From contig LNDS01000028.1 in assembly GCA_001464835.1 (NCBI GenBank), positions 127,252-191,251 of the forward strand: DNA of 64,000 nucleotides, in the 5' to 3' direction. The notes beneath the pieces are model-generated. The model made no database searches. It was not told where the DNA came from and was given only the letters and a program-made list of their open reading frames with translations. The stretch is from Rhizobiales bacterium Ga0077525. Its GTDB lineage: Bacteria; Pseudomonadota; Alphaproteobacteria; Rhizobiales; Xanthobacteraceae. Shown here one piece after another: positions 50,472 through 62,397 of the stretch. Position numbers and translations under genes: made by a program. Within the stretch, counting starts at the first letter, position 1, and each line of letters opens with the position of its first letter.

Positions 50472-51017
50472 TTGAGTATTCCGAACCTCATTACGCTGGG
50501 GCGTATTCTGCTGGTTCCAATCGTGGTCTGGGCGATCCTGGGCAATGCCATGTTCACGGCGTTCGTGCTGTTCCTGGTGGCCGGGGTCAGCGACGGCGTC
50601 GACGGGTTCCTGGCCAAGCGCTTTAACATGACGACCGAACTCGGCGCCTACCTTGACCCGCTGGCCGACAAGGCGCTGATCGTCTCGATCTATCTGACGC
50701 TTGGGATCAACGGGGACATCCCGCAATGGCTGGTGATCCTGGTGGTGTCGCGCGATATCCTGATCGTCGGAGGCATCATGTTGTCCTGGCTGATGGGTAA
50801 CCCGCTCAAGATCAGACCGCTTCTGGTCTCGAAGCTCAACACGGTGGCGCAGATCGCCTTCGCCTGTGTCGTGCTCGGCTCGCTCGGCCTCAATTACGCC
50901 GTGCCGACCTTCAAACTGGTGCTGATGGGGCTGGTCGCGGTGCTCACTTTGCTGTCGATCGCCGCTTATCTCGCCGAATGGGTGCGCCACATGAACTCCA
51001 CAATGGCGCGTCCGTGA
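50472..51017 (+). CDS. CDP-alcohol phosphatidyltransferase
   Basis: IPNLITLGR, DGVDGFLAKRF...TELGAYLDPLADK; TTG start inferred. Confidence 0.9.
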   Translation: MSIPNLITLGRILLVPIVVWAILGNAMFTAFVLFLVAGVSDGVDGFLAKRFNMTTELGAYLDPLADKALIVSIYLTLGINGDIPQWLVILVVSRDILIVGGIMLSWLMGNPLKIRPLLVSKLNTVAQIAFACVVLGSLGLNYAVPTFKLVLMGLVAVLTLLSIAAYLAEWVRHMNSTMARP

Positions 51018-52129
51018 GCGAGCCCCCGCTGCCAGTAGTCACACCGCGCCCGCCCGCAAAAAACGGGATCGCCTTTCAGCGCCAGATCGTGTTCTGGCTG
51101 GCGGCGCTGGCGGTGTTCATCGTCATGCTGTGGCTGCTGGCGGACATCCTGCTGCCGTTCATCGCGGGGCTGTTCATCGCCTATCTGCTGACGCCGCTGA
51201 CCGATCGTCTTGAACGCGCCGGCGTCAACAGGCTGGTTGCTGCGCTGACCATCATCACCTTGGTCGTTCTGGTCATCATCCTGGTCATCCTGATGTTCGT
51301 CCCGCTGGTTGGCAGCCAGTTGTCGTCGTTCATCAACAACATTCCTGAATACGTCAACAAGCTGCGCGCGGTGGTCAGCGATCCGAGCCGGCCGTGGGTA
51401 CAGAAGCTCGTCGGCGCCGGGATGAACGCCGACGTCGGCATTTCCGAACTGGTCACGCAAGGAGCCGGCTGGTTGACGGCGGGGCTGAAATCGCTGTGGT
51501 CGGGTGGTAGCGCGCTGATATCTCTGTTCTCGCTGGTCGTGATTACGCCGGTGGTGGCGTTCTATCTGATCTATGACTGGCACAAGATGATCCGCACCGT
51601 GGATGGCTGGATTCCGGTGCAGCAGCGTGACACTGTGCGCGGGCTGGCCAGGGAAGTCGACGGCGCGATCGCCGGCTTTGTGCGCGGGCAAAGTCTCGTC
51701 TGCCTGATCCTTGGATCGTTCTACGCTGTGGCGCTGACGCTGGCCGGCCTCAACTTCGGCCTGCTGATTGGGCTGATTTCCGGGCTGATCACGTTCATCC
51801 CTTACGTCGGGTCGATGACCGGACTGATCCTGTCGCTCGGCGTCGCGGTGGCGCAGTTCTGGCCGGATTATATCTGGATCGCGCTGATCCTCGGCATCTT
51901 CATGTTCGGTCAGTTCATCGAGGGCAATGTGCTGTCACCGAAACTGGTCGGCGACAGTGTCGGACTGCATCCGGTGTGGCTCATTCTGGCGCTATTGGCT
52001 TTCGGCTACCTGTTCGGTTTTGTCGGACTGCTGGTTGCGGTGCCTTTGGCCGCCACCATCGGCGTGCTGGCGCGCTTCGCGCTGCGGCGCTATCTGGAAA
52101 GTTCGTTCTATCGCGGCGAGCCGACTTAA
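51014..52129 (+). CDS. AI-2E family transporter
   Basis: ILLPF...IAYLL.P, GFVRGQ, FIPYVG, Q.IEGNVL.PKLVG..VGLHP. Confidence 0.92.
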   Translation: MSEPPLPVVTPRPPAKNGIAFQRQIVFWLAALAVFIVMLWLLADILLPFIAGLFIAYLLTPLTDRLERAGVNRLVAALTIITLVVLVIILVILMFVPLVGSQLSSFINNIPEYVNKLRAVVSDPSRPWVQKLVGAGMNADVGISELVTQGAGWLTAGLKSLWSGGSALISLFSLVVITPVVAFYLIYDWHKMIRTVDGWIPVQQRDTVRGLAREVDGAIAGFVRGQSLVCLILGSFYAVALTLAGLNFGLLIGLISGLITFIPYVGSMTGLILSLGVAVAQFWPDYIWIALILGIFMFGQFIEGNVLSPKLVGDSVGLHPVWLILALLAFGYLFGFVGLLVAVPLAATIGVLARFALRRYLESSFYRGEPT

Positions 52130-52130
52130 A

Positions 52131-52847
52131 GTGAACGCAACAGACAATCCGTTGAACAACGATGCGCAACACGCGGCGCCTTTGGCGCCGCGTCAACTGG
52201 TGCTGGCGCTCGACCACGCCATCAGTTTCGCCCGCGAGGATTTCCTCGAAGGCCCGTCGAATGCCAAGGCGCTGGCGTTGATCGAGCGCTGGCCGGACTG
52301 GCCGGACCGCCTGGCTGTGCTGGTCGGCCCGGAAGGATCGGGCAAGAGTCATCTCGCTGCGATCTGGGCGCAGATGACCGGCGCGCGTATTCTGTCCGCC
52401 AAGCTGCTCGGCGAGACCGATCTGCCGCACGCTTTCGCCACCGGCGCGCTGGTGGTCGAGGACCTCGAGCCGGAAGGCCTCAACGAGCGCGCGTTGTTTC
52501 ATCTCATCAACATGGCGCGCGAACAGCAGGTCGATGTGCTGCTGACCGCGCGCAGCGCGCCGGCGGCTTTCGGCGTCAGCATTCGCGATCTCAATTCGCG
52601 GCTGCGGGTGTTGCCGATGGTCGCGCTGGACGCGCCGGACGACGCGCTGTTGCGTATGCTGATCGTCAAGCTCGCCGCCGATCGCCAATTGGCGGTGGAC
52701 GAGGCTCTGGTCAATTACCTCGCCAACCGGATCGAGCGCTCGTTTGCCGGCGTTCGCGCCGCCATCGCGCTACTCGACGAAGAGGCGTTGCGCCAGCACC
52801 GGCCGGTGACGCGGGCGCTGGCCGCTGAGCTTTTCAGGGCGCCTTAA
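52131..52847 (+). CDS. hdaA: DnaA regulatory inactivator HdaA
   Basis: N-terminal QLVLAL clamp-binding-like motif, GPEGSGKSHL, LFHLIN, DL.SRL. Confidence 0.85.
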   Translation: MNATDNPLNNDAQHAAPLAPRQLVLALDHAISFAREDFLEGPSNAKALALIERWPDWPDRLAVLVGPEGSGKSHLAAIWAQMTGARILSAKLLGETDLPHAFATGALVVEDLEPEGLNERALFHLINMAREQQVDVLLTARSAPAAFGVSIRDLNSRLRVLPMVALDAPDDALLRMLIVKLAADRQLAVDEALVNYLANRIERSFAGVRAAIALLDEEALRQHRPVTRALAAELFRAP

Positions 52848-52954
52848 CGCAAGCTTCACGTTGTCCTTGACGGAACGCCCTTAACACGCGCGAATTGTCA
52901 TCCGGCCGCCACGTTCGTCGGCTAGGCAGGACGATCATGAAGGCCTCCGGTGAC

Positions 52955-55186
52955 ATGGCAGATCGCGCACAAGCTACTGTAAAGGTTGATGAAAACGACA
53001 AAGGCGCGGAAAAGACCGCGCCTGCCGCCGTGCACGAACCGGCGCCGGAGCCCGATTTAAGGTCGCGTCCGGACCGCTTCATCAACCGCGAATTGTCCTG
53101 GCTGCACTTCAACCGCCGCGTTCTCGAAGAAGCGGCCAACGCGCATCACCCGCTGATGGAGCGGGTGCGGTTTCTGTCGATCTCGGCCAACAACCTCGAC
53201 GAATTCTTCATGGTGCGCGTCGCCGGCTTGAAAGGGCAGGTGCGCGAAGGCATCACCACGCGCAGCCCGGACGGGCTGACACCGTCCGAACAGCTCACGC
53301 GCATCGGCGAAGCAGTATCGCTACTGGCGCAGGACCAGCAGCGGCGCTGGATCGAGTTGCGGCCCGATCTGGCCGCCGCCGGCGTGACCTTGGTCGAGGG
53401 CGGCGATCTCAACAAGGTCGAGAAGGCATGGCTGGAGGAGCACTTCCTCACCCACGTCTTTCCGCTGCTGACGCCTTTGGCGATCGATCCGGCGCATCCG
53501 TTTCCGTTCATCCCCAATCTCGGCTTCTCGATGGCGCTGCATCTGTCGCGCACGCGCGACGGCAAGTCGATGAACGCGCTGATCCGCATGCCGCAGAAGA
53601 TCGACCGCTTCATCAAGCTGCCGGCGAGCGGCGAGGACGGCATCCGCCTGATTACGCTGGAAGCGGCGACGGCCTTGCACATCAATCGACTGTTTCCGGG
53701 ATATACCGTCAAAGGCGAGGGCGCCTTCCGCGCCATCCGCGACAGCGATCTGGAAATCGAGGAAGAAGCCGAGGATCTGGTGCGGCTGTTCGAGTCGGCG
53801 CTCAAGCAGCGCCGCCGCGGTTCGGTGATCCGTCTCGAATTGAATTCGACCATGCCGGCCGAATTGCGCACCTTCGTGCAGCGCGCCGTCGCGGTGGCCG
53901 ATGATGAAGTGTTTCTGGTCGATGGCGTGCTGGCGTTGAACGACCTGTCGCAGCTGGCGCGCATCGATCGGCCCGATCTCGAATTCGTGCCGTATAATCC
54001 GCGCTATCCGGAGCGCATCCGCGACCATGGCGGCGATGCCTTTACCGCCATCCGGCAGAAGGACATCGTCGTCCATCACCCGTATGAATCCTTCGACGTC
54101 GTGGTGCAGTTCCTGCATCAGGCGGCGCGCGATCCGAATGTCGTCGCCATCAGGCAGACGCTCTATCGTACCTCCGCCGAGTCTCCGATCGTCAAAGCAC
54201 TGATCGAGGCGGCCGAAGCCGGCAAGTCGGTGACGGCATTGGTCGAACTGAAAGCGCGGTTCGACGAAGAAGCCAATATCCGCTGGGCGCGGTCGCTCGA
54301 GCGCGCCGGCGTGCAGGTGGTCTATGGTTTCATCGAACTCAAGACGCATGCCAAGCTGTCATTGGTGGTGCGCCGCGAGGGCGGGGCGCTCGCCACTTAT
54401 TGCCATGTCGGCACCGGCAATTATCACCCGGTCACCGCGCGCATCTACACCGATGTGTCGTTCTTCACCGCCGATCCGGTGATCGCGCGCGACGTCACCC
54501 GCATCTTCAACTACATCACCGGTTACGCCGAGCCGGCCGAGCTGGAACGCATGGCGATTTCGCCGGTCAATCTGCGCCCGCGCATCATCGACCATATCGC
54601 GCAGGAAGCCGCCAATGCGCGGGCCGGCAAGCCGTCCGGTATCTGGATGAAGATGAATTCGCTGGTCGATCCCGATATTATCGACGCTTTGTACGATGCC
54701 TCACTGGCCGGCGTGAAAATCGAGCTGGTGGTGCGCGGCATCTGTTGCCTGCGGCCCGGCGTGCCCGGCCTGTCGGAGAATATCCGCGCCAAGTCGATCG
54801 TCGGGCGCTTTCTCGAGCATGCCCGCATCTATTGTTTCGGCGTCGGCCACCCGCTGCCGCACCCGAAGGCGGCGGTCTATTTCTCCTCCGCCGACATGAT
54901 GCCGCGCAACCTCGACCGCCGCGTCGAGGTGCTGTGCCCGATTCTCAATCCCACCGTGCACGAGCAGGTTCTCGGCCAGATTATGGTGGCGAATTTGCGG
55001 GATAACGAGCAAAGCTGGCAGGTCTTGCCGGATGGCAGTTCGGCGCGCATAAAGGCCGCGCCGGGCGATGAACCCTTCAACGCCCACAAGTATTTCATGA
55101 CCAATCCGAGTCTATCGGGCCGTGGTAAGTCGCTCAAAGAATCGTCGCCCCGCAGCCTCATCCGGCGCCTCGCCGAAGGCGCGTAG
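52955..55186 (+). CDS. ppk1: Polyphosphate kinase 1 (alternative start 52937)
   Basis: [61 protein letters not shown]. Confidence 0.97.
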   Translation: MADRAQATVKVDENDKGAEKTAPAAVHEPAPEPDLRSRPDRFINRELSWLHFNRRVLEEAANAHHPLMERVRFLSISANNLDEFFMVRVAGLKGQVREGITTRSPDGLTPSEQLTRIGEAVSLLAQDQQRRWIELRPDLAAAGVTLVEGGDLNKVEKAWLEEHFLTHVFPLLTPLAIDPAHPFPFIPNLGFSMALHLSRTRDGKSMNALIRMPQKIDRFIKLPASGEDGIRLITLEAATALHINRLFPGYTVKGEGAFRAIRDSDLEIEEEAEDLVRLFESALKQRRRGSVIRLELNSTMPAELRTFVQRAVAVADDEVFLVDGVLALNDLSQLARIDRPDLEFVPYNPRYPERIRDHGGDAFTAIRQKDIVVHHPYESFDVVVQFLHQAARDPNVVAIRQTLYRTSAESPIVKALIEAAEAGKSVTALVELKARFDEEANIRWARSLERAGVQVVYGFIELKTHAKLSLVVRREGGALATYCHVGTGNYHPVTARIYTDVSFFTADPVIARDVTRIFNYITGYAEPAELERMAISPVNLRPRIIDHIAQEAANARAGKPSGIWMKMNSLVDPDIIDALYDASLAGVKIELVVRGICCLRPGVPGLSENIRAKSIVGRFLEHARIYCFGVGHPLPHPKAAVYFSSADMMPRNLDRRVEVLCPILNPTVHEQVLGQIMVANLRDNEQSWQVLPDGSSARIKAAPGDEPFNAHKYFMTNPSLSGRGKSLKESSPRSLIRRLAEGA

Positions 55187-56696
55187 ACGCGCGTCCCAAT
55201 CGGTCAAAGGCCGGCTCGATACCGGCCCGGCGATTGCGGTCATCGACATCGGCTCGAACTCGGTGCGCCTCGTCATCTACGAAGGCCTGACGCGCTCGCC
55301 GACGCCGATCTTCAACGAGAAGGTGCTCGCCGGTCTCGGCCGTCAGGTGCAGACCACCGGGCTCCTGGCGCAGGACGCCATCGGCACGGCGCTGGCCGCG
55401 CTGGTGCGCTTCAAGGCTCTGTGCGACATCCAGCACGTCAGCAAGGTGTGGGCGATCGCCACCGCCGCCTGCCGCGACGCCAGGAACGGCCGCGCCTTCA
55501 TTAAGGAGGCCGAACGCATCTGCGGCGCCAAGATCGAGATACTGTCCGGCAAGCGCGAAGCGCAATTGACCGCGCTCGGGGTCGTCTCCGGCATCTACAA
55601 GCCGGACGGCATTGTCGGCGATCTCGGCGGCGGCTCGCTCGAACTGGTCGACGTCAAGGGCACGCGGGTGCGGCACGGACTGACTTTGCCGCTCGGCGGG
55701 CTTGCACTGCAGGACCTCACCGGCAAGTCGATCAAGAAGGCCGAGAAGCTGGTCGCCGATTCCTTCAAGGGCCTCGACATATTGCGCGAAGGCGAGGGCC
55801 GCACCTTCTATGCCGTCGGCGGCACCTGGCGCGCGCTGGCGCGGCTGCACATGTGGCAGACCGGCTATCCGTTCCACGTCATGCACAACTACCGCATCTC
55901 GGCGCGCGAGGCGCTCGACTTCTCGCGGCTGGTGCATCGCGTCGACACCGAGACTCTGTCGAAGATCGAAGTCGTCAATGCCGCGCGCCGTCCGCTGCTG
56001 GCCTACGCCGCCCTGGTCCTGGAAAATCTGGTGCGCACCATCAAGCCGAAGGAGGTCATCATCTCCGTGCTCGGCGTGCGCGAAGGCCTCTTGTATTCGC
56101 TGCTTGATGCGCCGGAGCGGGCGACCGACCCACTGCTCATCGCTGCTTCCGACCTCAATTTGTTGCGCTCGCGTTCGCCCGAACATGGCGAGGAACTGAT
56201 CGGCTGGACCGATCGCTTCATCGCCTCGTCGGGACTGGAGGAAGACGCCGACGAGCGCCGCCTGCGCCACGCCGCCTGTCTGCTCGGCGATATCGGCTGG
56301 CGCGCGCATCCGGATTATCGCGGCGAGCAGGCGATGAACATCATCGCGCACGGCGCGTTCGTCTCGGTCGATCATCCCGGCCGCGCCTATCTGGCATTGG
56401 CGACCTATTTCCGTCATGCTGGTTTGAGCGAAGACGAACTGCCGACGCGGCTACGCGAACTGGCCTCGACCCATATCCTCGACCGCGCCCGCGTCCTCGG
56501 CGCCGCCATGCGGGTCGCCTATATCCTGACCGCGGGGCAGAGCGGCGTTCTCGGCCAGGTGCCGATGCAGGTGAAACGTGGCAAGTTAGTGCTGCGACTC
56601 CCCGGTACCTATGGCAGATTGGCCAGCGACCGGCTGTTCAGCCGCCTGCGCCAGCTGGCGCGGCTGGTCGGCCGCGAACCGTCAATCGAGACCTGA
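55122..56696 (+). CDS. ppx: Exopolyphosphatase (Ppx/GppA family); start uncertain
   Basis: [46 protein letters not shown]. Confidence 0.92.
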   Translation: MVSRSKNRRPAASSGASPKARRRASQSVKGRLDTGPAIAVIDIGSNSVRLVIYEGLTRSPTPIFNEKVLAGLGRQVQTTGLLAQDAIGTALAALVRFKALCDIQHVSKVWAIATAACRDARNGRAFIKEAERICGAKIEILSGKREAQLTALGVVSGIYKPDGIVGDLGGGSLELVDVKGTRVRHGLTLPLGGLALQDLTGKSIKKAEKLVADSFKGLDILREGEGRTFYAVGGTWRALARLHMWQTGYPFHVMHNYRISAREALDFSRLVHRVDTETLSKIEVVNAARRPLLAYAALVLENLVRTIKPKEVIISVLGVREGLLYSLLDAPERATDPLLIAASDLNLLRSRSPEHGEELIGWTDRFIASSGLEEDADERRLRHAACLLGDIGWRAHPDYRGEQAMNIIAHGAFVSVDHPGRAYLALATYFRHAGLSEDELPTRLRELASTHILDRARVLGAAMRVAYILTAGQSGVLGQVPMQVKRGKLVLRLPGTYGRLASDRLFSRLRQLARLVGREPSIET

Positions 56697-56713
56697 ACCG
56701 TGATGACACTGCA

Positions 56714-57484
56714 ATGAAGCGTCCTATTGTCGGCGTGATCGGCAATACGTTTCTGGCCGAAGGCCGTTTTCCCTCCCAGCGCGTCGGCGAACGAAACCTG
56801 CGCGCGGTGGCAGACGTCACCGGCGCTTTGCCGCTGATGTTCGCCGGTTCCCCGGACATCACCGACATCGATGCGCTGCTCGACGCGGTCGATGGCGTGC
56901 TGCTGACCGGCGCGCGCGCCAATGTGCATCCCACTCGCTTCGGCACCGATCCGCATCCGAGCTACGAGCCTTACGACCTGGAACGCGACGCGCTGGCGCT
57001 CACTCTGGTCGAGGCCTGCGTCGAACGCAGCGTGCCGCTCTTGGGCATCTGCCGCGGCTTTCAGGAAATGAGCGTTGCCTTCGGCTCGACATTGCATCCG
57101 GAAATCCGCGAGATCCCCGGCCGCCAAAACCACCGCATGCCGCGGCTGGAGAACGGCGAAATTCATCCGGACCCGACGGTGGTGTTCGGCGACCGGCACG
57201 ACGTCGCGCTGGCGCCGGGCGGCGTCTTCGCCAGATTGTTCGGCCGCGAAACCATCCGCGTGAACTCGCTGCACGGGCAGGGCGTGCTTGAGCCCGGCAG
57301 TCGCGTCATCGTCGAGGGCGTCGCCGACGACGGCACCGTCGAGGCGATCTGCATCAAGGACGCGCCGGGCTTTGCCCTCGGCGTGCAATGGCATGCCGAA
57401 TACGATCCGCAGACCAACCCGATCAACAAGGCCCTGTTCGAGGCGTTCGGCGCGGCGATCGCGGCGCGGAAGGCCGCGGCTTAG
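56714..57484 (+). CDS. Gamma-glutamyl-gamma-aminobutyrate hydrolase family protein (peptidase C26)
   Basis: DGVLLTG..ANVHP, PLLGICRGFQE, VNSLHGQG, GVQWHAE. Confidence 0.9.
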   Translation: MKRPIVGVIGNTFLAEGRFPSQRVGERNLRAVADVTGALPLMFAGSPDITDIDALLDAVDGVLLTGARANVHPTRFGTDPHPSYEPYDLERDALALTLVEACVERSVPLLGICRGFQEMSVAFGSTLHPEIREIPGRQNHRMPRLENGEIHPDPTVVFGDRHDVALAPGGVFARLFGRETIRVNSLHGQGVLEPGSRVIVEGVADDGTVEAICIKDAPGFALGVQWHAEYDPQTNPINKALFEAFGAAIAARKAAA

Positions 57485-57487
57485 GCG

Positions 57488-58237
57488 CTACTTCAGCGCC
57501 TCGACGGCGACGCCATTCGCCAGCAAAGTCGCCTTGACCACCCGCGCGACTTCCGCGGAATTCACCCGGTCGCCATGCAGGCACAAGGTCGAGACGGCGA
57601 CATCCATGTCGCGGCCGTCGAGCTTGGCGAGTTTGCCTTCCTTGACCACGCGCACGGCGCGCTCTGCGACCACCGCCGGATCACGCGGCCGGGGCACGCG
57701 CTCGATGATCAACCCGCCGTCGTCGTAATCGAGATCGATGAAGGCCTCGCGGGCGACGCGCGCGCCGGCGGATTCCGCCGCGTCGGCGCCGGGGCCGGCG
57801 AGCAGCACGAGAACCATCGCCGGATCGTAAGCAGCAATGGCGGCGCCAATCGCAGCCGACAACGCCATGTCGATCGAGCAGGCTTTGTAGAATGCACCAT
57901 GCGGCTTGACGTGCGCGACCTTCATGCCTTCGGTGCGCGCAATCGCAACCAGCGCGCCGACCTGATAGAGTGTCATGTCGGCCATTTCGTTCGGTGCGAC
58001 CGTTATCATCCGTCGGCCGAAGCCCATCAGGTCGGGGAAACTCGGATGCGCGCCGATGCCGATGCCGGCGGCCTTGGCGATGCGCACGGTCTGCCGCATC
58101 GTGGTTGGATCGCCGCCGTGATAGCCGCAGGCGATATTGACCGAGGAGACATGCGGCAGGAACGAGGCATCGTCGCCGAGCGTCCAGCGTCCGTAGCTTT
58201 CGCCGGCGTCGCCATTGATGTCGATGGAAAGCGGCAT
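57488..58237 (-). CDS. pxpA: 5-oxoprolinase subunit A (LamB/YcsF family)
   Basis: DIN.D.GESYG, NIACGYHGGDP, GAHPSFPD..GFGRR, HVKPHGA, TLCLHGD. Confidence 0.88.
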   Translation of the reverse strand: MPLSIDINGDAGESYGRWTLGDDASFLPHVSSVNIACGYHGGDPTTMRQTVRIAKAAGIGIGAHPSFPDLMGFGRRMITVAPNEMADMTLYQVGALVAIARTEGMKVAHVKPHGAFYKACSIDMALSAAIGAAIAAYDPAMVLVLLAGPGADAAESAGARVAREAFIDLDYDDGGLIIERVPRPRDPAVVAERAVRVVKEGKLAKLDGRDMDVAVSTLCLHGDRVNSAEVARVVKATLLANGVAVEALK

Positions 58238-58248
58238 CGCTTTGGTCC

Positions 58249-59301
58249 TTATGCGCTGGCGACCGAAACAAATTCATCGACTTCCGCCGTCGTCGTCGCA
58301 AACGATGTCACCAGCCGCACCTTGACGGAATCTGGCGCCACGGTAGCCGACGCAGGCAAATTGTCGGGCAGGCGCTCGTAGAACGCCGCGCCTTTCGATT
58401 TGAGCCGGTCGCAGGCGGCGCGCGGGATCAGCGCGAACACTTCGTTGGCTTCGACTTTCCAGATCGGCGGCATGCCGGCCGCTGTTAGCCTGTCGCCGAG
58501 CCGGTCGGCCATGCCATTGGCGTGGCGCGCGAGACGAAGCCACAGATCGCCCGCGAGATAGGCTTCCATTTGCACGCTGACAAAACGGTGCTTCGAGAGC
58601 AGGTGGCCGCCGCGCTTGCGGCGGCGGTCGAAGCCCGCGGCGCGTTCCTTGTCGAAAAACACAATCGCCTCGGCGGCCATCGCGCCGCCTTTGGTGGCGC
58701 CGAACGACAGCACATCGACGCCGGCTTTCCAGGTCGCGTCGTCGGGCGCGGCGTTCATGCGCGCCAGCGCATTGCCGAGCCGCGCGCCGTCCATATGCAC
58801 GACGACATTATGTGCGTGAGCGATGTCGGCCAGTTCGCGGATTTCGCTGGGCTGGTAGATCGTGCCGGCCTCAGTCGCCTGCGACAGTGACAAAACCTGC
58901 GGCACGACGTGATGCGGCGCGCCCCATTGCGGCTTTTCCAGCGCCGCCTTCAACACCGAGGGCGCGATCTTGCCGCCGTCGCCGGGCAGGCCTACGAGCT
59001 TGATGCCGTTGCCGAAGAATTCCGGCGCGCCGCATTCGTCGGTCATGATATGGGCGTCGTGGTGGCACAGCACCGCGCCCCAGGGCGGCGTGAAATGCGC
59101 AATCGCCAGCGCATTGCAGGCGGTGCCGGTGGTGACGAAAAACGCCGCGACGTCGCGTTTGAACACCTCGCCGATGCGCCGCTCGGCGCGCCGCGTCCCG
59201 TCATCGTTGCCGTAGCCGAGCGTAAAGCCTTTGTTGGCGTCGTTAAGCGCCGCCATGATCTCCGGCGCGACGCCGGCGGTGTTGTCGCTGGCGAAGTTCA
59301 T
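58249..59301 (-). CDS. ltaE: Low-specificity L-threonine aldolase
   Basis: MNFASDN, GTACNAL, DECGAPE, HMDGAR, DVLSFGATK. Confidence 0.88.
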   Translation of the reverse strand: MNFASDNTAGVAPEIMAALNDANKGFTLGYGNDDGTRRAERRIGEVFKRDVAAFFVTTGTACNALAIAHFTPPWGAVLCHHDAHIMTDECGAPEFFGNGIKLVGLPGDGGKIAPSVLKAALEKPQWGAPHHVVPQVLSLSQATEAGTIYQPSEIRELADIAHAHNVVVHMDGARLGNALARMNAAPDDATWKAGVDVLSFGATKGGAMAAEAIVFFDKERAAGFDRRRKRGGHLLSKHRFVSVQMEAYLAGDLWLRLARHANGMADRLGDRLTAAGMPPIWKVEANEVFALIPRAACDRLKSKGAAFYERLPDNLPASATVAPDSVKVRLVTSFATTTAEVDEFVSVASA

Positions 59302-60449
59302 CAGCCCTTGTCCACGGTCACGACGCGGCCTTTGTCGACCGCGAGCGCCAGCCGGCCGTGCTTGAGCGCAATGGCCTTGTCGCCGAACAGTTCGCGCCGC
59401 CAGCCTTTCATCGCCGGCACATCGGCCTCGTCATCGGCGGCGATGCGATCGAGTTCATCCACGGTGGCGATGACCTTGGCGGCGACGCCGTGGCTCTCGG
59501 CGGTCATGCGCAGCAGCACCTTCAACAGTTCGACGGTAGCGGCGCCGTTCTGCGCCGGGCGGAAACGCTCGAAGCGCGGCAGCGTCTTCGGATCGCGGGC
59601 GACGCCGCGTTGGACCGCCTCAATGATGGCTTCGCCCCAGCGCGAGCGCTCGAAGCCTTTCGGCAGCGAACGCAGATGGCCGAGCTTCTCGATGGTGGTC
59701 GGCGCCTGCGTGGCGATGTCGCCGAGCACGTCGTCCTTCAGAACGCGCGAGCGCGGCACGTCGCGCGTCTGCGCTTCGCGTTCGCGCCAGGCGGCGACTT
59801 CCATCAGCACGGCCAGTTCCTTCGGCTTGCGCACGCGCGCCTTCAAGCGTTCCCAGGCATTGGCTGGATCGGCGCGGTAGGTTTCCGGCGAGGTGAGGAT
59901 GCTCATCTCGGCTTCGACCCAGCTGGTGCGGCCGCGCTTTTCCAGGTCAGCGGCGAGCTTGATGTAGACGTCGCGCAGATGCGTCACGTCGGACAGAGCG
60001 TAAGTCGTTTGCGCTTCGGTCAGCGGGCGGCGCGTCCAGTCGGTGAAGCGGTTCGATTTGTCGAGCACGTCGCCGGTAATGCGCTGCACCAGCTGGTCAT
60101 ACGAAATCGAGTCGCCGTAGCCGAGCACCATGGCGGCCACCTGGGAGTCGAAAATCGGATGCGGAATGACCTTGGCCATGTTCCAGACGATTTCGATGTC
60201 CTGCCGAGCGGCGTGAAAGACCTTGATGACTTTCTCGTCGGTCATCAGGTTCCAGAACGGTTTGAGGTCGATGCCCGGCGCCAGCGCATCGATCACTGCC
60301 GCCTCGTCGGCGGAGGCGATCTGCGCCACGCACAGCAGCGGATAGTAGGTGGTCTCGCGCAGGAACTCGGTATCGACCGTGATGAACGGGTGCTTCGCCA
60401 TGCGGTCGCAAATGGCGGCGAGATCGGCGGTGGTGGTGATCAATGACAT
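59301..60449 (-). CDS. rnd: Ribonuclease D
   Basis: [44 protein letters not shown]-like C-terminal domains. Confidence 0.95.
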   Translation of the reverse strand: MSLITTTADLAAICDRMAKHPFITVDTEFLRETTYYPLLCVAQIASADEAAVIDALAPGIDLKPFWNLMTDEKVIKVFHAARQDIEIVWNMAKVIPHPIFDSQVAAMVLGYGDSISYDQLVQRITGDVLDKSNRFTDWTRRPLTEAQTTYALSDVTHLRDVYIKLAADLEKRGRTSWVEAEMSILTSPETYRADPANAWERLKARVRKPKELAVLMEVAAWREREAQTRDVPRSRVLKDDVLGDIATQAPTTIEKLGHLRSLPKGFERSRWGEAIIEAVQRGVARDPKTLPRFERFRPAQNGAATVELLKVLLRMTAESHGVAAKVIATVDELDRIAADDEADVPAMKGWRRELFGDKAIALKHGRLALAVDKGRVVTVDKG

Positions 60450-60508
60450 GTCGGCGGAACCTAACCCAATCCTGTGTGGTGATGGCAATTGTTTTGCCGG
60501 AATTTTCG

Positions 60509-62215
60509 CTAACGTTTTGGCTTGTCGGTCTTCTTGCCGCGCACGGGCGGCATATGGATGAACTCCCAAGGCGACGGCATCGCGCCGACCGGCACTTCAA
60601 TCAAAGTCGGCTCGCGCGCGGCCAGCGACACCTTTAGCGCGGTGCGAAGTTCCGTTGGGTTATGCGCGCGGCGGCCGGTGGCGCCGAAGCTCTCGGCGAA
60701 TTTGACGAAGTCAGGGTTGGCGAGGTCGCAAGCGATCAGCCGGTTGCCGAACTGCTCTTCCTGGATGCGCCGCACATTGCCGAAGGCGCCGTCGGCAAAG
60801 ACGATTGCCGTCAGCGGAATGCGGTGGCGCATCGCGGTGGCGAGTTCATTCGCCGTGTACATGAAGCCGCCGTCGCCGTTGATCGAGACGACCGGGACAT
60901 CGGGCCGCGCATGCTGTGCGCCGAGTGCGGTGGCGTAGCCCCAGCCGAGATTGTCCTGGAAGCCGGGCGAGAGAAAGGTGCGGGGTTTGTAAACCGGAAA
61001 GGCAAGGCGGGCGGCAAAGCCGATTTGCGTCACCTCATCGACATAGATGCCTTCGTCCGGCAGCGCGGCGCGGATCGCATCGAGAAAGCCGAGTTGCGGC
61101 GCGAGCTTATTAAGCCGCGCCCGCATCTTCGCCTGCCGCTCCAGCATCTCGTCGCGGCGCGAGGCGCGGCGCTCGTTGCTGCGGCCGAGTCGATCGATCA
61201 GGTGCATGAGGATCGGCGCGGCATCGCCGATCAGCGCCACCGCCGGTTTGTGCAAACGGGCGGGCTCGTCCTTGTCGGCATCGACGCGGACGACCTTGAT
61301 GCCGTTGTCCATGCCCCATTGCGTCATTGGGTTGAGCAGCCGCGTGCCGACGGCCAGCACCGCGTCGGCTTCGCCCCACAGGTCGCGTCCCAATGGCAGA
61401 TTGACGCTGAAGGGGTTGCGGTCGTCCAAGACGCCGCGGCCGCGCCGGTACGACAGAACCGGCGCCTGCAGCATGTCGGACAGGACGGTCACCTCGCGCG
61501 AGGCGTCGAGCGCGCCGCCGCCAACAACGATCAGCACCCGCTTCGCCTTGCCCAAAAGCTTCGCCGCTACACGCAGCGCGTCGTGGTCGCATTGGGACGG
61601 GCGCGGCGGGGCGGGCGGCGCAATGGCGGCAACCGGGCCGCGCTTGCCCCAGACGTCGATGGCGCATTCCAGCGCCGCAGGTCCTGGCCGGCCTTGGCGC
61701 ATCGAGCGGATCGCCTTGGCCACCTTGGCCGACGCCTCGGTCGGGCCATTGATGATGCCGCTGTGATCGACCAGCCGGGCGAGCAGGCCGGCCTGGTCGC
61801 GGATTTCGTGCAAATGGCCCTGATCGCGGCCGATTGTCCCCGCCGGGATCTGGCCGATCAGGGCCAGGACGGGCGCGTTCATGCCGTAGGCGGTCAGCAG
61901 CGCCGCGCCCGAATTCAGGAGGCCGGGGCCGGGCACCACCGCGTAGGTTTGCGGCTTTCCGGTCGCCAGCGCCGCCCCCAGCGCCATATAGGCCGCGCCC
62001 TGTTCGTGGCGGGTGTGGACGACGCGCAAGGCGTCGCCGGCACGGGCAAAGGCGTCGAACAAATGGTCGTTGTGGACGCCGGGCAGGGCATAGACGGTGC
62101 CCATGCCGTGCGCGAGCAATGTAGCGACCGTGGCCTCGCCGGTCGTCATGCTGGCGGCTGCCGGTTTGGCGGATTTGGCCGTTCTTCGGCCCGTTTCCGT
62201 GGGTTTTTTCGACAT
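60509..62215 (-). CDS. Thiamine pyrophosphate-dependent enzyme (acetolactate synthase-like)
   Basis: [41 protein letters not shown]. Confidence 0.9.
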   Translation of the reverse strand: MSKKPTETGRRTAKSAKPAAASMTTGEATVATLLAHGMGTVYALPGVHNDHLFDAFARAGDALRVVHTRHEQGAAYMALGAALATGKPQTYAVVPGPGLLNSGAALLTAYGMNAPVLALIGQIPAGTIGRDQGHLHEIRDQAGLLARLVDHSGIINGPTEASAKVAKAIRSMRQGRPGPAALECAIDVWGKRGPVAAIAPPAPPRPSQCDHDALRVAAKLLGKAKRVLIVVGGGALDASREVTVLSDMLQAPVLSYRRGRGVLDDRNPFSVNLPLGRDLWGEADAVLAVGTRLLNPMTQWGMDNGIKVVRVDADKDEPARLHKPAVALIGDAAPILMHLIDRLGRSNERRASRRDEMLERQAKMRARLNKLAPQLGFLDAIRAALPDEGIYVDEVTQIGFAARLAFPVYKPRTFLSPGFQDNLGWGYATALGAQHARPDVPVVSINGDGGFMYTANELATAMRHRIPLTAIVFADGAFGNVRRIQEEQFGNRLIACDLANPDFVKFAESFGATGRRAHNPTELRTALKVSLAAREPTLIEVPVGAMPSPWEFIHMPPVRGKKTDKPKR

Positions 62216-62397
62216 CGACGTTCCGGCACTCCAGGCCGTTACTGTGCAGATGCACTCTGAGTCTGTCGAGGCGGCGATGGCCGGACGCTCGCCCCGCCGG
62301 GGTGGCTTGCTTGACAAAGCCCACCCCCCATGCGTTTTTCGCGCCACTCCACCCAGCCCTGAATCGCTTGCTTAAGCCTTTGCCGGAACGCCTTTCA

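Noticed and set aside
49569-51017. 482-aa ORF ending in the phosphatidyltransferase
   Set aside because: The N-terminal part is the antisense shadow of purM; the real domain starts near 50472.
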